The notes: generated by a model from the letters alone, not told the origin. Positions 28,334-38,267 are shown, counted from the first letter of the stretch. The stretch: DNA of 64,000 bases from Nitrospinales bacterium (GCA_965262115.1 OZ253496.1:416001-480000); one strand, 5' to 3'. Numbers and translations: made by a program.

Positions 28334-29836
28334 ATGAAAGCAAAAACATTGATGATTCAAGGAACCGGGTCCGGTGTCGGGAAAAGCCTTTTGACGGCCG
28401 CGTTCTGCCGGTATTTTTATCAGGCCGGATACAAAGTGGCCCCTTTCAAGGCCCAGAATATGGCTTTAAATTCTTTCGTGACAGAGCGTGGCGAAGAAAT
28501 GGGGCGAGCCCAAGCCTATCAGGCAGAGGCTTGTGGATTGAAACCGGAAGTTTTCATGAATCCTATTCTATTGAAACCTTCTGGGGATAATAATTCCCAG
28601 GTCATTTTGATGGGAAAGCCGGTTGGATCGCGGAACGCAAAAAATTATTATGCACAATATAAAAAACACCAGCAAATCGTGTTATCGGCTCTGGAAGAAC
28701 TGCGGAGCAGGTTTGACTTAATTATTATTGAAGGAGCGGGAAGTCCTGCGGAAATCAATTTAAAAAAAACCGATCTGGTCAATATGTTCATTGCCGAAAA
28801 GGCCGACGCACCGGTCCTCCTTGTAGGTGATATCGATCGGGGAGGAGTTTTTGCATGGCTGAAGGGAACCTATGACCTGCTCACCAATAAAGAGCAGGAA
28901 CGGATACTGGGCTTCATCATAAATAAATTTCGTGGGGATATTGATCTTTTGCAACCGGGTATCGAGCAGTTTAAGGAATTGGTACCCAAGCCGGTTTTAG
29001 GAGTCGTCCCCTATTGCAAGGATCTGGTTATTGACGAAGAAGATTCCCTTCCGCAGGCATCTTATTCGGCGGCACAAAATGCAGAAGGGGTTTTGAATGC
29101 CGTTGTTATCGAACTTCCGCGAATTTCCAATTTTACTGATCTATCCCCGCTTTCTTATGATCCTTCTATCTCAATTCGATATGTCAAGCACCCAGCGCAA
29201 ATGGGAAACCCCGATTTAATCATTCTGCCGGGCAGCAAGAATACCGTCGACGATATGAATTTTTTGAACCAGCAATGCATGACACGGGAAATCCTCAAGC
29301 GCCATGAAGCCGGAGCCATGATCTTGGGGATTTGTGGCGGATTCCAAATGCTGGGAAAAATAATCAGCGATCCTGAAAATCTTGAAAGCCGCGAAAAAGA
29401 AGCAGAAGGATTAGGTTTATTCGATTTTAAAACCACGCTCGTGGCCGAAAAATTAACGCGGCAGGTACAACTTGAAACTGTGAAAAGTAGCATGTTTCCT
29501 GAGGGAGTCTTGTGCGAGGGCTACGAAATTCATATGGGGCGAACCACGTTCGGAACCACTTATCCAACCCTCTTCTCCGCCCCCAATGAAGACAACCCCA
29601 TGAATTTCGGAATCACCAATCAGGATGGAACCGTTTTTGGCACTTACCTGCACGGATTTTTAGACAAAGACCTCTTCCGGGAAAATATATTGCGTTATAT
29701 AAGAAAGGAAAAAGGGCTGCCCGAACCCGCGAGCCAATTCGACTATGCGCAGTTTAGAAACCGTGAACTCGACAAACTTGCGGATTTAGTTAAATCTTCC
29801 ATCGACATGGAAGCGATTAAAAAAAGCCTTCGGTAA
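28334..29836 (+). CDS. cobQ: Cobyric acid synthase (CobQ/CbiP)
   Basis: IQGTGSGVGKS, PFKAQNMALNS, EGAGSPAEINL, DIDRGG, GICGGFQMLG, GYEIH, GTYLHG. Confidence 0.97.
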   Translation: MKAKTLMIQGTGSGVGKSLLTAAFCRYFYQAGYKVAPFKAQNMALNSFVTERGEEMGRAQAYQAEACGLKPEVFMNPILLKPSGDNNSQVILMGKPVGSRNAKNYYAQYKKHQQIVLSALEELRSRFDLIIIEGAGSPAEINLKKTDLVNMFIAEKADAPVLLVGDIDRGGVFAWLKGTYDLLTNKEQERILGFIINKFRGDIDLLQPGIEQFKELVPKPVLGVVPYCKDLVIDEEDSLPQASYSAAQNAEGVLNAVVIELPRISNFTDLSPLSYDPSISIRYVKHPAQMGNPDLIILPGSKNTVDDMNFLNQQCMTREILKRHEAGAMILGICGGFQMLGKIISDPENLESREKEAEGLGLFDFKTTLVAEKLTRQVQLETVKSSMFPEGVLCEGYEIHMGRTTFGTTYPTLFSAPNEDNPMNFGITNQDGTVFGTYLHGFLDKDLFRENILRYIRKEKGLPEPASQFDYAQFRNRELDKLADLVKSSIDMEAIKKSLR

Positions 29837-29921
29837 CCCAGCGCTTACCACGCCAGCCAGAAAAATTAAAATCTTTTCATAAATTCCACCCTTGTAGCAT
29901 ATAAGCAGGGAATCAGGTATG

Positions 29922-30653
29922 CTACTCCCTTTTAACCAGGTCCACTTTCCCGTCATTGTTACGGTCCAGCTCTATTCGGTCAATTTCCCCGAATGAATTG
30001 AAATACTCCCAGCGATCCTTATTTCCATCAAAGTTGGTATCATGCTCAACCTTTTGCAATTGAGTGGAGTTCAAAAAGTACTGCCATTGATCTGGCTCCC
30101 CATCGTGATTGGTGTCAAAAGCGACTGACTCCAAGGACTCATTTTCCCCAAACATTTCCCAGCGGTTAATATTTCCATCACTGGAAATATCATATTCAAC
30201 CCTGTTAATTTTCCCTTCTTCAGAAAAGTATTGAAATACATCTATCTTTCCATCGCCATTTCGATCTATTTCCAATCGAATAATTTTTTTATCTGCATTA
30301 TAAAATTCTCGCCAATCGATCATCCCTGAAAACCGGGAATCCTTTTCAATTTTAATGAGCGAAAATTCCTGGGAATAATGCTGGGCCTGGTCAAAGCTTC
30401 CATCATAATTTCTGTCAAGTTCAACGCGGATCGGTTTTTCGTTGCCCTCATAAATGTCAACCTGATCTACTTTTCCGTCACCATTTCTATCGTATTCAAT
30501 TTTTTCCAGTTTATCGTCATCAGATTTATGATGCCACTGGTCTAGCTTGCCATCGAAGTCGCTGTCCAACTGAGTAACAGATCCTTCCGCGATAGAGGTA
30601 AAAATAAATAAGATTCCGATTAACATAAGCAATCCCGGTTTGATTCGGATCAC
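29922..30653 (-). CDS. Secreted protein with nine 25-aa Dx[DN]xDG repeats (paralog 1)
   Basis: Signal peptide; DSDFDG, DRNGDG, DRNYDG, DSRFSG, DRNGDG, DISSDG, DTNHDG, DTNFDG, DRNNDG at 25-aa spacing; start overlaps the tonB stop. Confidence 0.88.
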   Translation of the reverse strand: MIRIKPGLLMLIGILFIFTSIAEGSVTQLDSDFDGKLDQWHHKSDDDKLEKIEYDRNGDGKVDQVDIYEGNEKPIRVELDRNYDGSFDQAQHYSQEFSLIKIEKDSRFSGMIDWREFYNADKKIIRLEIDRNGDGKIDVFQYFSEEGKINRVEYDISSDGNINRWEMFGENESLESVAFDTNHDGEPDQWQYFLNSTQLQKVEHDTNFDGNKDRWEYFNSFGEIDRIELDRNNDGKVDLVKRE

Positions 30654-31852
30654 GGTTCCTCCAGAATAAAAGAAATAGGGAGTTTGAAAATAATGGAATT
30701 CAACTGGAGAGGTTCCGGTATTTTTGGATAGGGACTGGCATTTCTCACAACATCTAAAGCCGCCTGATTCAAAACTTCATAAGGCGAAGCAACAGCAATT
30801 GAATAGCTCACCAAATTACCATTTTTCCCTACTTGAAATTCTATTACAGGCTTTCCCTCCCATCCTTGATCTTGGGCAATACGTGGGTAATACTTAGCTT
30901 TAGCAATTTTTTTCCAAACCCCCGATGAAAAACCTTTCCTTAGAGAATCTAAATCTATATCGGAAGAATCAACTCCAACTTTTGGTAGATCTGAACTAGT
31001 TGCAGGTTCCAGACTTTCTTCCAATTCCCCCTCTTTGGAAGATCCAACAAATTCTGTAGGTATTGAAGCTAATTGAACTGGTTGAATTTGGTTGTTCAAG
31101 GGAATCCTGGTTTCTCTCCGTACTTCTTGATTTGGCTTATCAGAAACTGCCCAGAAGTTACTGTCATTAGAAATATTTCTTGCTCCAATGTTTGGTCCAG
31201 GAATAGGCCCTTTATAAAATCGGCTAGAGACTTTTGTGATTGTGGCCCTTTGCAATAGCTCTCTATAAGAAACAACTTTTTCAAGCACACGAGCAGGTTC
31301 CACTGAACTGTGAGGTTGTCGAACTGTATAATCAAACATTTCTGTTTGAGCAGGTGAAGGAGAAAATTGTGTTGCGGCAAAATCCAGTTTGGCAACTTGA
31401 ATATATTGCACAGAGTTATTGGGTTGCTGGATTTCTTTTGCAAACATTCCTTTTTGGAAAAATGCTGGCTCAGTCGATTGAGCAATAAAAGGCTTAATGG
31501 GCCTAGGAGTATTAGTTGGCAAAGAGACTAGGGGCTTTGAGATTGATGCCATACTTTTAGCAATAGGTCGAAATCGACTTATTTCGCTACGAGGCTGTAT
31601 CGTTGTGCGCAGAGGTCTATTTACTTTTACAAAATTTTCTTCAACAGGCTGAATTAAATGTGCTTTTTCTACCTTTGGTTTAAGTGAAGATTCATAAATA
31701 ACAGTTTTGATATGAATCGTTTCAAGTTCTGGCACATGGGGTTTGTTGTTGGTTGTCCAATATGCCAGAAACAATAATCCCGCTCCATGTGCAAAGGCAG
31801 AGAGGATAAAGGCATTTTGAAAAAATATATTCTTTTGTGTTCTAAATTTCAT
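30650..31852 (-). CDS. tonB: TonB-family energy transducer
   Basis: N-terminal TM with SAFAH (SxxxH), long linker, C-terminal YPRIA..GWEG..LNQAAL..V..A.P. Confidence 0.88.
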   Translation of the reverse strand: MKFRTQKNIFFQNAFILSAFAHGAGLLFLAYWTTNNKPHVPELETIHIKTVIYESSLKPKVEKAHLIQPVEENFVKVNRPLRTTIQPRSEISRFRPIAKSMASISKPLVSLPTNTPRPIKPFIAQSTEPAFFQKGMFAKEIQQPNNSVQYIQVAKLDFAATQFSPSPAQTEMFDYTVRQPHSSVEPARVLEKVVSYRELLQRATITKVSSRFYKGPIPGPNIGARNISNDSNFWAVSDKPNQEVRRETRIPLNNQIQPVQLASIPTEFVGSSKEGELEESLEPATSSDLPKVGVDSSDIDLDSLRKGFSSGVWKKIAKAKYYPRIAQDQGWEGKPVIEFQVGKNGNLVSYSIAVASPYEVLNQAALDVVRNASPYPKIPEPLQLNSIIFKLPISFILEEP

Positions 31853-31987
31853 TGATGATGCAATTTTATAGAAAATCAGTAAAACAAAAACAGAATAAAA
31901 AAATATCGAGCCAGTAAATTTATATATTGATCACTGAACCAAATTGGATTCAATGAAAATATAAGTTGGAAGCACAATTATAATATA

Positions 31988-33430
31988 CTAATGATTTAAA
32001 AGGCGCTTCCACCCTATAACAACGGCGGTAATGCTAAAGAAAAAACCCACGCTAAGCAGTATCAAGATCAAAACATCCCATAAAGGTCTGTGATTTGCCA
32101 AGCCGGGCAAGTCTAGGCTATGTAAACCATTGAACAACCACCGATATAGGCGCCGACTTTTATCCATGACCGATACTATTTGTCCCGATTCCATATCAAT
32201 ATGTACCCAAGTTTGCTCCGGGTCATCCAATATTACTCTAAGGGTATTTTGAGGCAATGATCCTTCGCGCAGATGCCCATATATATCAGACTCTTCAGGG
32301 TTTTGAGTGGATTGGATTTTTACATCAGGCCAAGCTTTCTTTACTGCATCAATTATTTCTGGCTTTAAAAATTTGGTCGGAGAAAGGGAATCAGGGACCA
32401 TAGGCTTAAATAATTTCATTCCAGCTGGACTTCTTGACATTACAAAGGTTTGTCCACCGGTTGCAAACACCTCAACCTCATTGGAATCGTCCAAGGATTT
32501 TAAAGCCTCAAGAGAAATTTCTTTCACTGCCTGATTTATTGATTTTCCGCGAAATTTTTGTATCTGACTGGTACTAGGACTTGGCTTTGAAAAAATTCGC
32601 CCATGATCCATAGATAACCACCCACTAAATATCCAAGTTAAAATAAATATTCCCGCGAACAATCCCAAAATATGGTGTGTTCGTAACCAACCCTTGAAAG
32701 GGCTGGACATAGTCAATCCAAATTTAATTTTTGCCTCACGAAATCGAACTATGCCCAGATACATTCCAGCCAAAGCTGTTACCACACCAAAAAGGGAAAT
32801 CCACCAGACCACTTGATCCCATAAGGCCCAATTACTGCGTAAGACTGTGGGATAGATCCAATGGGTAATTGCACCGATATAATTCCACATACGCTCATTA
32901 CCTTCGGTTTTTTGCAGAACTTCCCCTGTCCGCGCTGAAACATAATATAACACCGTTTCTTTTTGATCCTGCATGGAAACACGATAAAACGGTCGGTAGG
33001 TATCATAACGGTTCGGCACAATCCATTGGTCGTAATCGAGAGGCCCTTCAACTCTTAAAGCAGATTCCCCGAAAAAATTTTCCGCGACCCTTCCAGCTGA
33101 TCGCGTCTGAAGAAGATCTGACGACTTGCCATCGTGCGCATTCACAACCTTTATTCCACTATTGAGACTATGGAATACATAAATGGGCCACCCTTCCAAA
33201 TCGATCAACCTGAGACGATCCAAGCTAATACTTCCGATGCCCTTGACGGCTTTTGTCGGGGAAATAAGAACTTTTGAAAGATCCACCTCTGGACTACGGG
33301 AAAATCGGTCCGCTTGCGAAAGCGAAGGGAAAGGATGGTAAATCAGAACGGCGCCACTTAAAAACCAAACCGCAAAAAATAAACACAGGACTACTCCCAT
33401 CCAGCGGTGAGCCAGTGTCAGAAAACGCAT
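31988..33430 (-). CDS. PepSY-associated TM-helix protein
   Basis: HRWMG, WFLSG, THW, HHILG, WIFSG, RWLFNGLHSLD with soluble PepSY-like inserts. Confidence 0.9.
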   Translation of the reverse strand: MRFLTLAHRWMGVVLCLFFAVWFLSGAVLIYHPFPSLSQADRFSRSPEVDLSKVLISPTKAVKGIGSISLDRLRLIDLEGWPIYVFHSLNSGIKVVNAHDGKSSDLLQTRSAGRVAENFFGESALRVEGPLDYDQWIVPNRYDTYRPFYRVSMQDQKETVLYYVSARTGEVLQKTEGNERMWNYIGAITHWIYPTVLRSNWALWDQVVWWISLFGVVTALAGMYLGIVRFREAKIKFGLTMSSPFKGWLRTHHILGLFAGIFILTWIFSGWLSMDHGRIFSKPSPSTSQIQKFRGKSINQAVKEISLEALKSLDDSNEVEVFATGGQTFVMSRSPAGMKLFKPMVPDSLSPTKFLKPEIIDAVKKAWPDVKIQSTQNPEESDIYGHLREGSLPQNTLRVILDDPEQTWVHIDMESGQIVSVMDKSRRLYRWLFNGLHSLDLPGLANHRPLWDVLILILLSVGFFFSITAVVIGWKRLLNH

Positions 33431-33449
33431 AAGGGTTATCTCGATTTAA

Positions 33450-35627
33450 TTAAAAATCAAACTGAGCGCTGATTTCAAAGGCCCGTGGAGAACCCAGAAT
33501 TAACTGGTTTTTATAAAACTCGTCTCCCCAAAGCGCATAAGCCTTATCGAACAGATTCGTCAATCTTGCGGTGTACCGACCATTTCCTTTGTAGTAAGTG
33601 GCATGAAGATCCACCGTTTCGTAGGCCAGCATTTTCACTGTATTGAATCGGGTGTTAAAACGGTCCCCGACATAACGAAAACTACCTCCCACATCTATGG
33701 GAAGTCCTGCAACACCGCGATAATTGGTCCAGATATTAGCCACCCATTCAGGAACATTGGAGGGGGTATTACCTGAGACGTCTTCAAAAACACCGAACTC
33801 TGCATCGGTATAGGCAGTATTGGCACCAATCCGCCATTTTGGTGTCACCAGAATTGAGCCTTCCAGTTCAAATCCTGTCGACCGCTGACCTCCATCGCCG
33901 CCCAGAACACTATCGTTTGAATCTTGTATCAGGATATTTTGCCTTTCAATGTGGTAGACGGCCAATGTCATTTCCGCTTTCCCATTCAGGAACCGGGACT
34001 TCAACCCCGCTTCCCATTGTTGCGAAGTAGAAAGGTCAAAGTTTTGGTTACTATTGACAAGAAAAACATCTGATCCCAAAGGATCGGTGCCGGAACTCGT
34101 TTGGGCATAAACGTTCCAGGATGGAGCAATTTCGTAAACCGCGCCCACCCGCCAACTGAAAGGATTATAGGTGCGTTCAAATGATGTTCCGGGAGTGGGA
34201 TCATTAAAGTTGAGCCGGAACAACTCTATATGATCCTGACGCATACCCACAACCAACCTTAATTTCTCTGTAACTTTTAAAGCATCCTCAAAAAAAGTAG
34301 AAACCGTGATGATACGGGTAGGGTTAAGCCTGAAGTTTGTCGGGTTTCCCCCAACGCTCCCCCCGACGGGTGAAAAGGGATCCACAGAACCGGGATTTGC
34401 AAGCGGCTGCGACTTTCTTTCAAAGTCCACATAACTGGCATCGACACCGAAAAGAGATTGGTTCTCCATCCCGGCAATGGTATTTTTGTACGTCGCACTC
34501 AACTGATTACCAACTGTGTTTTGCAAATGGGCCACAAAAAAGGTGTCACGGTCAATCACTCCTGCATTAAATGTATAATTTTCTGAGTTGCGCCATTCCC
34601 GGTCCGCATTGAGAAAGTAAGTATAATTGCGAAACGAGAGTTTATTACTGTGTTTTCGCTTGGCATCTATCGTTGTTAAAATTTGATACGAGTCTGCCAC
34701 CTCATCATCAACATTGTAATTGACAAACCGCATTCGCTCGTCGATGGCCGCTCCAGCCCCTGTCACCACCCCGGTGAGGGGCTGGGTGGCAAATGCTTCT
34801 GTCACGATGGGGGTCCCCCAATAGTTTTGCAGTTTATCTTCCAGGTAATCAATGCCGAAGGTCACATCCAACTGATCATTAGGCTTCCACAATAGCGAAC
34901 CATTGAAGTTTCTTGATTTGGGATCGGCATTATCGACGTATCCATCCGAGCTGTATTCACTGCCATCGATCCGAAACCATAAGTTTTCACTCATTTGCCC
35001 ACCTGCCCCGACACCGAGCTTGACCGTGCCATAGCGACCGTAGGAGGTTAAAAGCTCATAAGAGTTTGTGCTTTTAGTCGTCGGTTTTTGGGTGATCATG
35101 TTCAGGGTGGCACCAATTGCTCCCTGGCCATGCAATACCGAGGCAGTACCTTTGAGGACCTCGATCCGATCCAGATTGAAACCGTTTTGGGGACGTCCGG
35201 TGATCAATGCCGGTCCCAACCAGATTCCGTCCCGTTGAATCATGACCTGATTGGAGGTGAAACCACGCATGGAATAATTGGCAGGCTCTGCGGGAGGATT
35301 TCCCCAAACGAACCCGGGTGATCGCTCGAGAGCTTTTCCCACTTTCTGATACCCTCCACCTTTCAATTCAGAATTACTGATAACGGTTATTGAAGCCGGG
35401 GTCTCAAAAGCCGGAAGGTCCAGACGACTACTGGTATTGAGTGAAAAATCGAAATTAAACACACTTGGAGTAACAAGTAATTCATCCAACTCCAAAACTG
35501 GAGGTGAGGAATTATCATGATTTTTATTAGGAGCATCATTTTGAGCCCAACTCATAGAAAATGCTTGAAACAGTAAAACGAAAGTTGAAACCAATACCAA
35601 AAGAACTTTATTCATGTTTTTTTCCAT
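33450..35627 (-). CDS. TonB-dependent outer-membrane receptor (siderophore-receptor-like)
   Basis: Signal peptide, LDELLVT TonB box, ETPASITVI, DRIEVLKGTASVLHG, NLFDK.Y, terminal Phe; exact start (35627 or 35615) uncertain. Confidence 0.93.
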   Translation of the reverse strand: MEKNMNKVLLVLVSTFVLLFQAFSMSWAQNDAPNKNHDNSSPPVLELDELLVTPSVFNFDFSLNTSSRLDLPAFETPASITVISNSELKGGGYQKVGKALERSPGFVWGNPPAEPANYSMRGFTSNQVMIQRDGIWLGPALITGRPQNGFNLDRIEVLKGTASVLHGQGAIGATLNMITQKPTTKSTNSYELLTSYGRYGTVKLGVGAGGQMSENLWFRIDGSEYSSDGYVDNADPKSRNFNGSLLWKPNDQLDVTFGIDYLEDKLQNYWGTPIVTEAFATQPLTGVVTGAGAAIDERMRFVNYNVDDEVADSYQILTTIDAKRKHSNKLSFRNYTYFLNADREWRNSENYTFNAGVIDRDTFFVAHLQNTVGNQLSATYKNTIAGMENQSLFGVDASYVDFERKSQPLANPGSVDPFSPVGGSVGGNPTNFRLNPTRIITVSTFFEDALKVTEKLRLVVGMRQDHIELFRLNFNDPTPGTSFERTYNPFSWRVGAVYEIAPSWNVYAQTSSGTDPLGSDVFLVNSNQNFDLSTSQQWEAGLKSRFLNGKAEMTLAVYHIERQNILIQDSNDSVLGGDGGQRSTGFELEGSILVTPKWRIGANTAYTDAEFGVFEDVSGNTPSNVPEWVANIWTNYRGVAGLPIDVGGSFRYVGDRFNTRFNTVKMLAYETVDLHATYYKGNGRYTARLTNLFDKAYALWGDEFYKNQLILGSPRAFEISAQFDF

Positions 35628-35680
35628 TTTTGGAATAATAAAATTTACCCCCAGCCTCAAATCTTGCTGGAAAATTAAGC

Positions 35681-35719
35681 AAAAAAAAACCTCGCACCTC
35701 CAAATGGAGGACCGAGGTT
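35681..35719 (-). terminator. Intrinsic terminator, expression platform of left riboswitch
   Basis: Reverse complement aacctcg-gt-cctcc-attt-ggagg-tg-cgaggtt running into a T9 tract. Confidence 0.88.
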
Positions 35720-35794
35720 GATTGCACCCTGTTTACTTGTATCAACATTTTTTGGGCAGACACCAATATTCCGCGACAGGTGGAACCCTTATTG

Positions 35795-35974
35795 TTTCAG
35801 GCAGGTCTTCTGACTCGCGTTCAGCCTACTTTCTGCACCTTCCCAACGAGTAACGTCAGTGGCTTTTTGCAGATTTCGTCACGCTCACAGCGGCGGGACC
35901 GTGGTTGAATTTCACAACCTTCCCTATTATTTCCTGAAAGAAAATCAAATTTTCGCTTCCAGGAAACCTGAAAA
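35795..35974 (-). ncRNA. Cobalamin riboswitch (AdoCbl/class I type), left copy
   Basis: AGGGAA..GTGAAA..CCCGCCGCTGTGA..AAGCCACTG..GGGAAGG..GAGTCAGAAGACCTGCC (B12 box); P1 tttcagg/cctgaaa. Confidence 0.96.
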
Positions 35975-35983
35975 TCTTCCGAC

Positions 35984-36011
35984 AGCATAAACCAAAAAAT
36001 TCACGCGTCAA
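35984..36011 (-). promoter_or_regulatory. Putative sigma70 promoter of the left arm
   Basis: TTGACG-N16-TATGCT just upstream of riboswitch P1. Confidence 0.55.
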
Positions 36012-36653
36012 GTAATTTATAAAAAAACACCCTGCCCGTTATTACAACTGCCTGTTAACCTGAGATATTCACTCTCCCCTGCTCCAGTAAAAACAAGCAG
36101 TTCACCGCCCGCATGAAAACCGAGCACCTCAGAAGGAATTTTTAGTGCCCGGTACTCTCCAAAAGAAAAACCAGTCAGCCTTAGCAAGGTACAGAATATG
36201 TCCTGATAAATATTCATGCTTTGTCTGATACCGCGCTATCTAAATTCTTAATTATCTTAAACAAAGTTGAAAAGGTATTGGGAGTATCGGGTAACCGAGG
36301 CGCAGGAGTTTTCCTTATCCTGCGCCGGTTCGGTTTTTCAAGACGTTCACCTACTGGACCTGCTTCCTCTCGTCCGCACGAAAACCGATATCTCCATAAT
36401 TTTGATTTTCAAGAGCGGGGTTGAAGCCAAACCCCACACCACATTGCGCCTGACCTTAGCCATTGACCCCTTCTCCCCCTGAATATAAGGGTATATCTAC
36501 TGATCCATAACACCTTGAATTTAAGGGACATGAAATCGAAAGAAACGCGCGTTGAAGTTGACAAATAACCAAAAACCAAGGAAATGATTGAAATCGTATT
36601 TATTACTTGTAAATATCTGGAAGTTCTACAATAATGGCGCTTGAAATTATATG

Positions 36654-36814
36654 TTTTAGGTTTCCTGTATTTAGGGAATGAAAAGGGAAGGTTGTGAAAT
36701 TCAACCACGGTCCCGCCGCTGTGAGCGTGACGAAATCTGCAAAAAGCCACTGACGTTACTCGTTGGGAAGGTGCAGAAAGTAGGCTGAACGCGAGTCAGA
36801 AGACCTGCCTGAAA
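36654..36814 (+). ncRNA. Cobalamin riboswitch (AdoCbl/class I type), right copy
   Basis: Same conserved motifs; 36684-36814 is the exact reverse complement of 35795-35925. Confidence 0.96.
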
Positions 36815-36883
36815 TTATAAATATTACCTTTTGGGTTCAAAAGGTAAGTCTATTTGGTTGATTAAGTAAACCAGGGTGCGATC

Positions 36884-36922
36884 AACCTCAGTCCTCAATT
36901 CAGAGGGATGAGGTTTTTTTTT
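36884..36922 (+). terminator. Intrinsic terminator, expression platform of right riboswitch
   Basis: aacctca-gt-cctc-aattca-gagg-ga-tgaggtt running into a T9 tract. Confidence 0.88.
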
Positions 36923-37000
36923 ACCGTTTTTAATTAAGAGTAACTGTTTACCCATATAGATTTGGCCAATTCATTTTAAAATTTAATGAGAGGTTTCGCC

Positions 37001-38191
37001 ATGAAAAAAATAGTAGCCCTTTTTTGCCTCATTGCTTTTCTTAACCCGGTAAATCTTTTTGCTTTTGATTGGAAAAACCATGATTTGTCCCATCTAGTGG
37101 TGGTCACCAATCGCGATGCAGATGAATTGACCATCGTCGACATGACAACAGATGAGGTGATCGGCAAACAGAAAGTGGCACTAAACAGTCAGGCCCATAT
37201 GACGGCCTTTTCTCCGGATGGCAAAAAGTTGGCCATTGCCGCTACCGCGAACAACAAAGTTGCAGTCCTGGATCTGAGTACCAACAAAGTGAGTGAAATT
37301 AATGTGGGGTCCGGTCCCGAGCATATGGATATCAGCAAAGATAATCGCTGGTTGTATGTCGGGAACATTGAAGGAGGAACGGTTTCAGCGATTGATTTGG
37401 ATCAAAACCGGGAAGTAGCCCGTCTGAAAGGTTTTCGTGAACCTCATGGCGCTACCATCATGGCTTCTGGCAATAAAGTTTATATTCCCAACCGCGGCGC
37501 CCAGTTGGTAGGGATGGTGAATGTGTCTGAACAATTTTCTACCAGTGATATTCTCGTCGGATCTCTTACCGGTTTGGCCTCGTTCGACAGAGATCAAGCA
37601 GGAGCTGCCATGCACCGTGAACGATCTATACCAGTAAATGGAGTGGCGAATGTCACCCTGACCCTGGATGAAAAATTCGCTTATATCGCCACCGGTGATA
37701 CAAATTCTGTGACGGTTTTAGATACCGCAACGGATAAAATAGTCCGCACTATTCCTGTCGGCTTGGACCCTTGGAGAGCGTACGCTTCCCCGGATGGAAA
37801 ATATATGGTTGTTCCCAACAACGGCGATCAAACGGTCTCAGTCATTGACGCGCAATCCCACACACTCGTTGCCACCCTCTCCGGAGCGGTCGATATGACA
37901 GGAGTGAATTTTGCCAGCAACAAAGGATATGTGATCAGCCGAGGGTCGAGCCTAGTTTTAGTCTACGATTTCTCGACACTTAAAAAAACGGGTCAACTGG
38001 ATATGGGTAAGAGCGCACGGCTAGAAACCGCAAGCACTTCCCCCGCTGGCAACAAAATTTATGTGGCCTCCTCCTCCAATAATTCCCTTTACGTCATTGA
38101 TGTTGAGTCGGATCGCGTCAAGCAGATCAAGGATGTCGGTAATTTCCCCTGGGGAGTCAGCATTTACAAGGGGCAGAATTACTGCCATTGA
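37001..38191 (+). CDS. Secreted YVTN/YncE-type beta-propeller
   Basis: Signal peptide MKKIVALF..LFA; repeated SPDGK/LYVGN/TVSVID/IPVG.P blades; C-terminal NYCH. Confidence 0.9.
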   Translation: MKKIVALFCLIAFLNPVNLFAFDWKNHDLSHLVVVTNRDADELTIVDMTTDEVIGKQKVALNSQAHMTAFSPDGKKLAIAATANNKVAVLDLSTNKVSEINVGSGPEHMDISKDNRWLYVGNIEGGTVSAIDLDQNREVARLKGFREPHGATIMASGNKVYIPNRGAQLVGMVNVSEQFSTSDILVGSLTGLASFDRDQAGAAMHRERSIPVNGVANVTLTLDEKFAYIATGDTNSVTVLDTATDKIVRTIPVGLDPWRAYASPDGKYMVVPNNGDQTVSVIDAQSHTLVATLSGAVDMTGVNFASNKGYVISRGSSLVLVYDFSTLKKTGQLDMGKSARLETASTSPAGNKIYVASSSNNSLYVIDVESDRVKQIKDVGNFPWGVSIYKGQNYCH

Positions 38192-38267
38192 TTGAGATGC
38201 CCTTTTGGCCTGGTCCGTTTTTGGGTGATCGCCGGATGGGCCAATATGAAATTGTCGAATCAGGAAA

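Noticed and set aside
33450..35627. Calling the receptor btuB
   Set aside because: Only the riboswitch context supports it; sequence motifs look siderophore-receptor-like, so no symbol was assigned
36017..36750. Small ORFs in the inter-riboswitch spacer as an invertase or regulator
   Set aside because: Short and motif-free; 36409-36750 is partly antisense to the riboswitch; no Ser/Tyr recombinase signature
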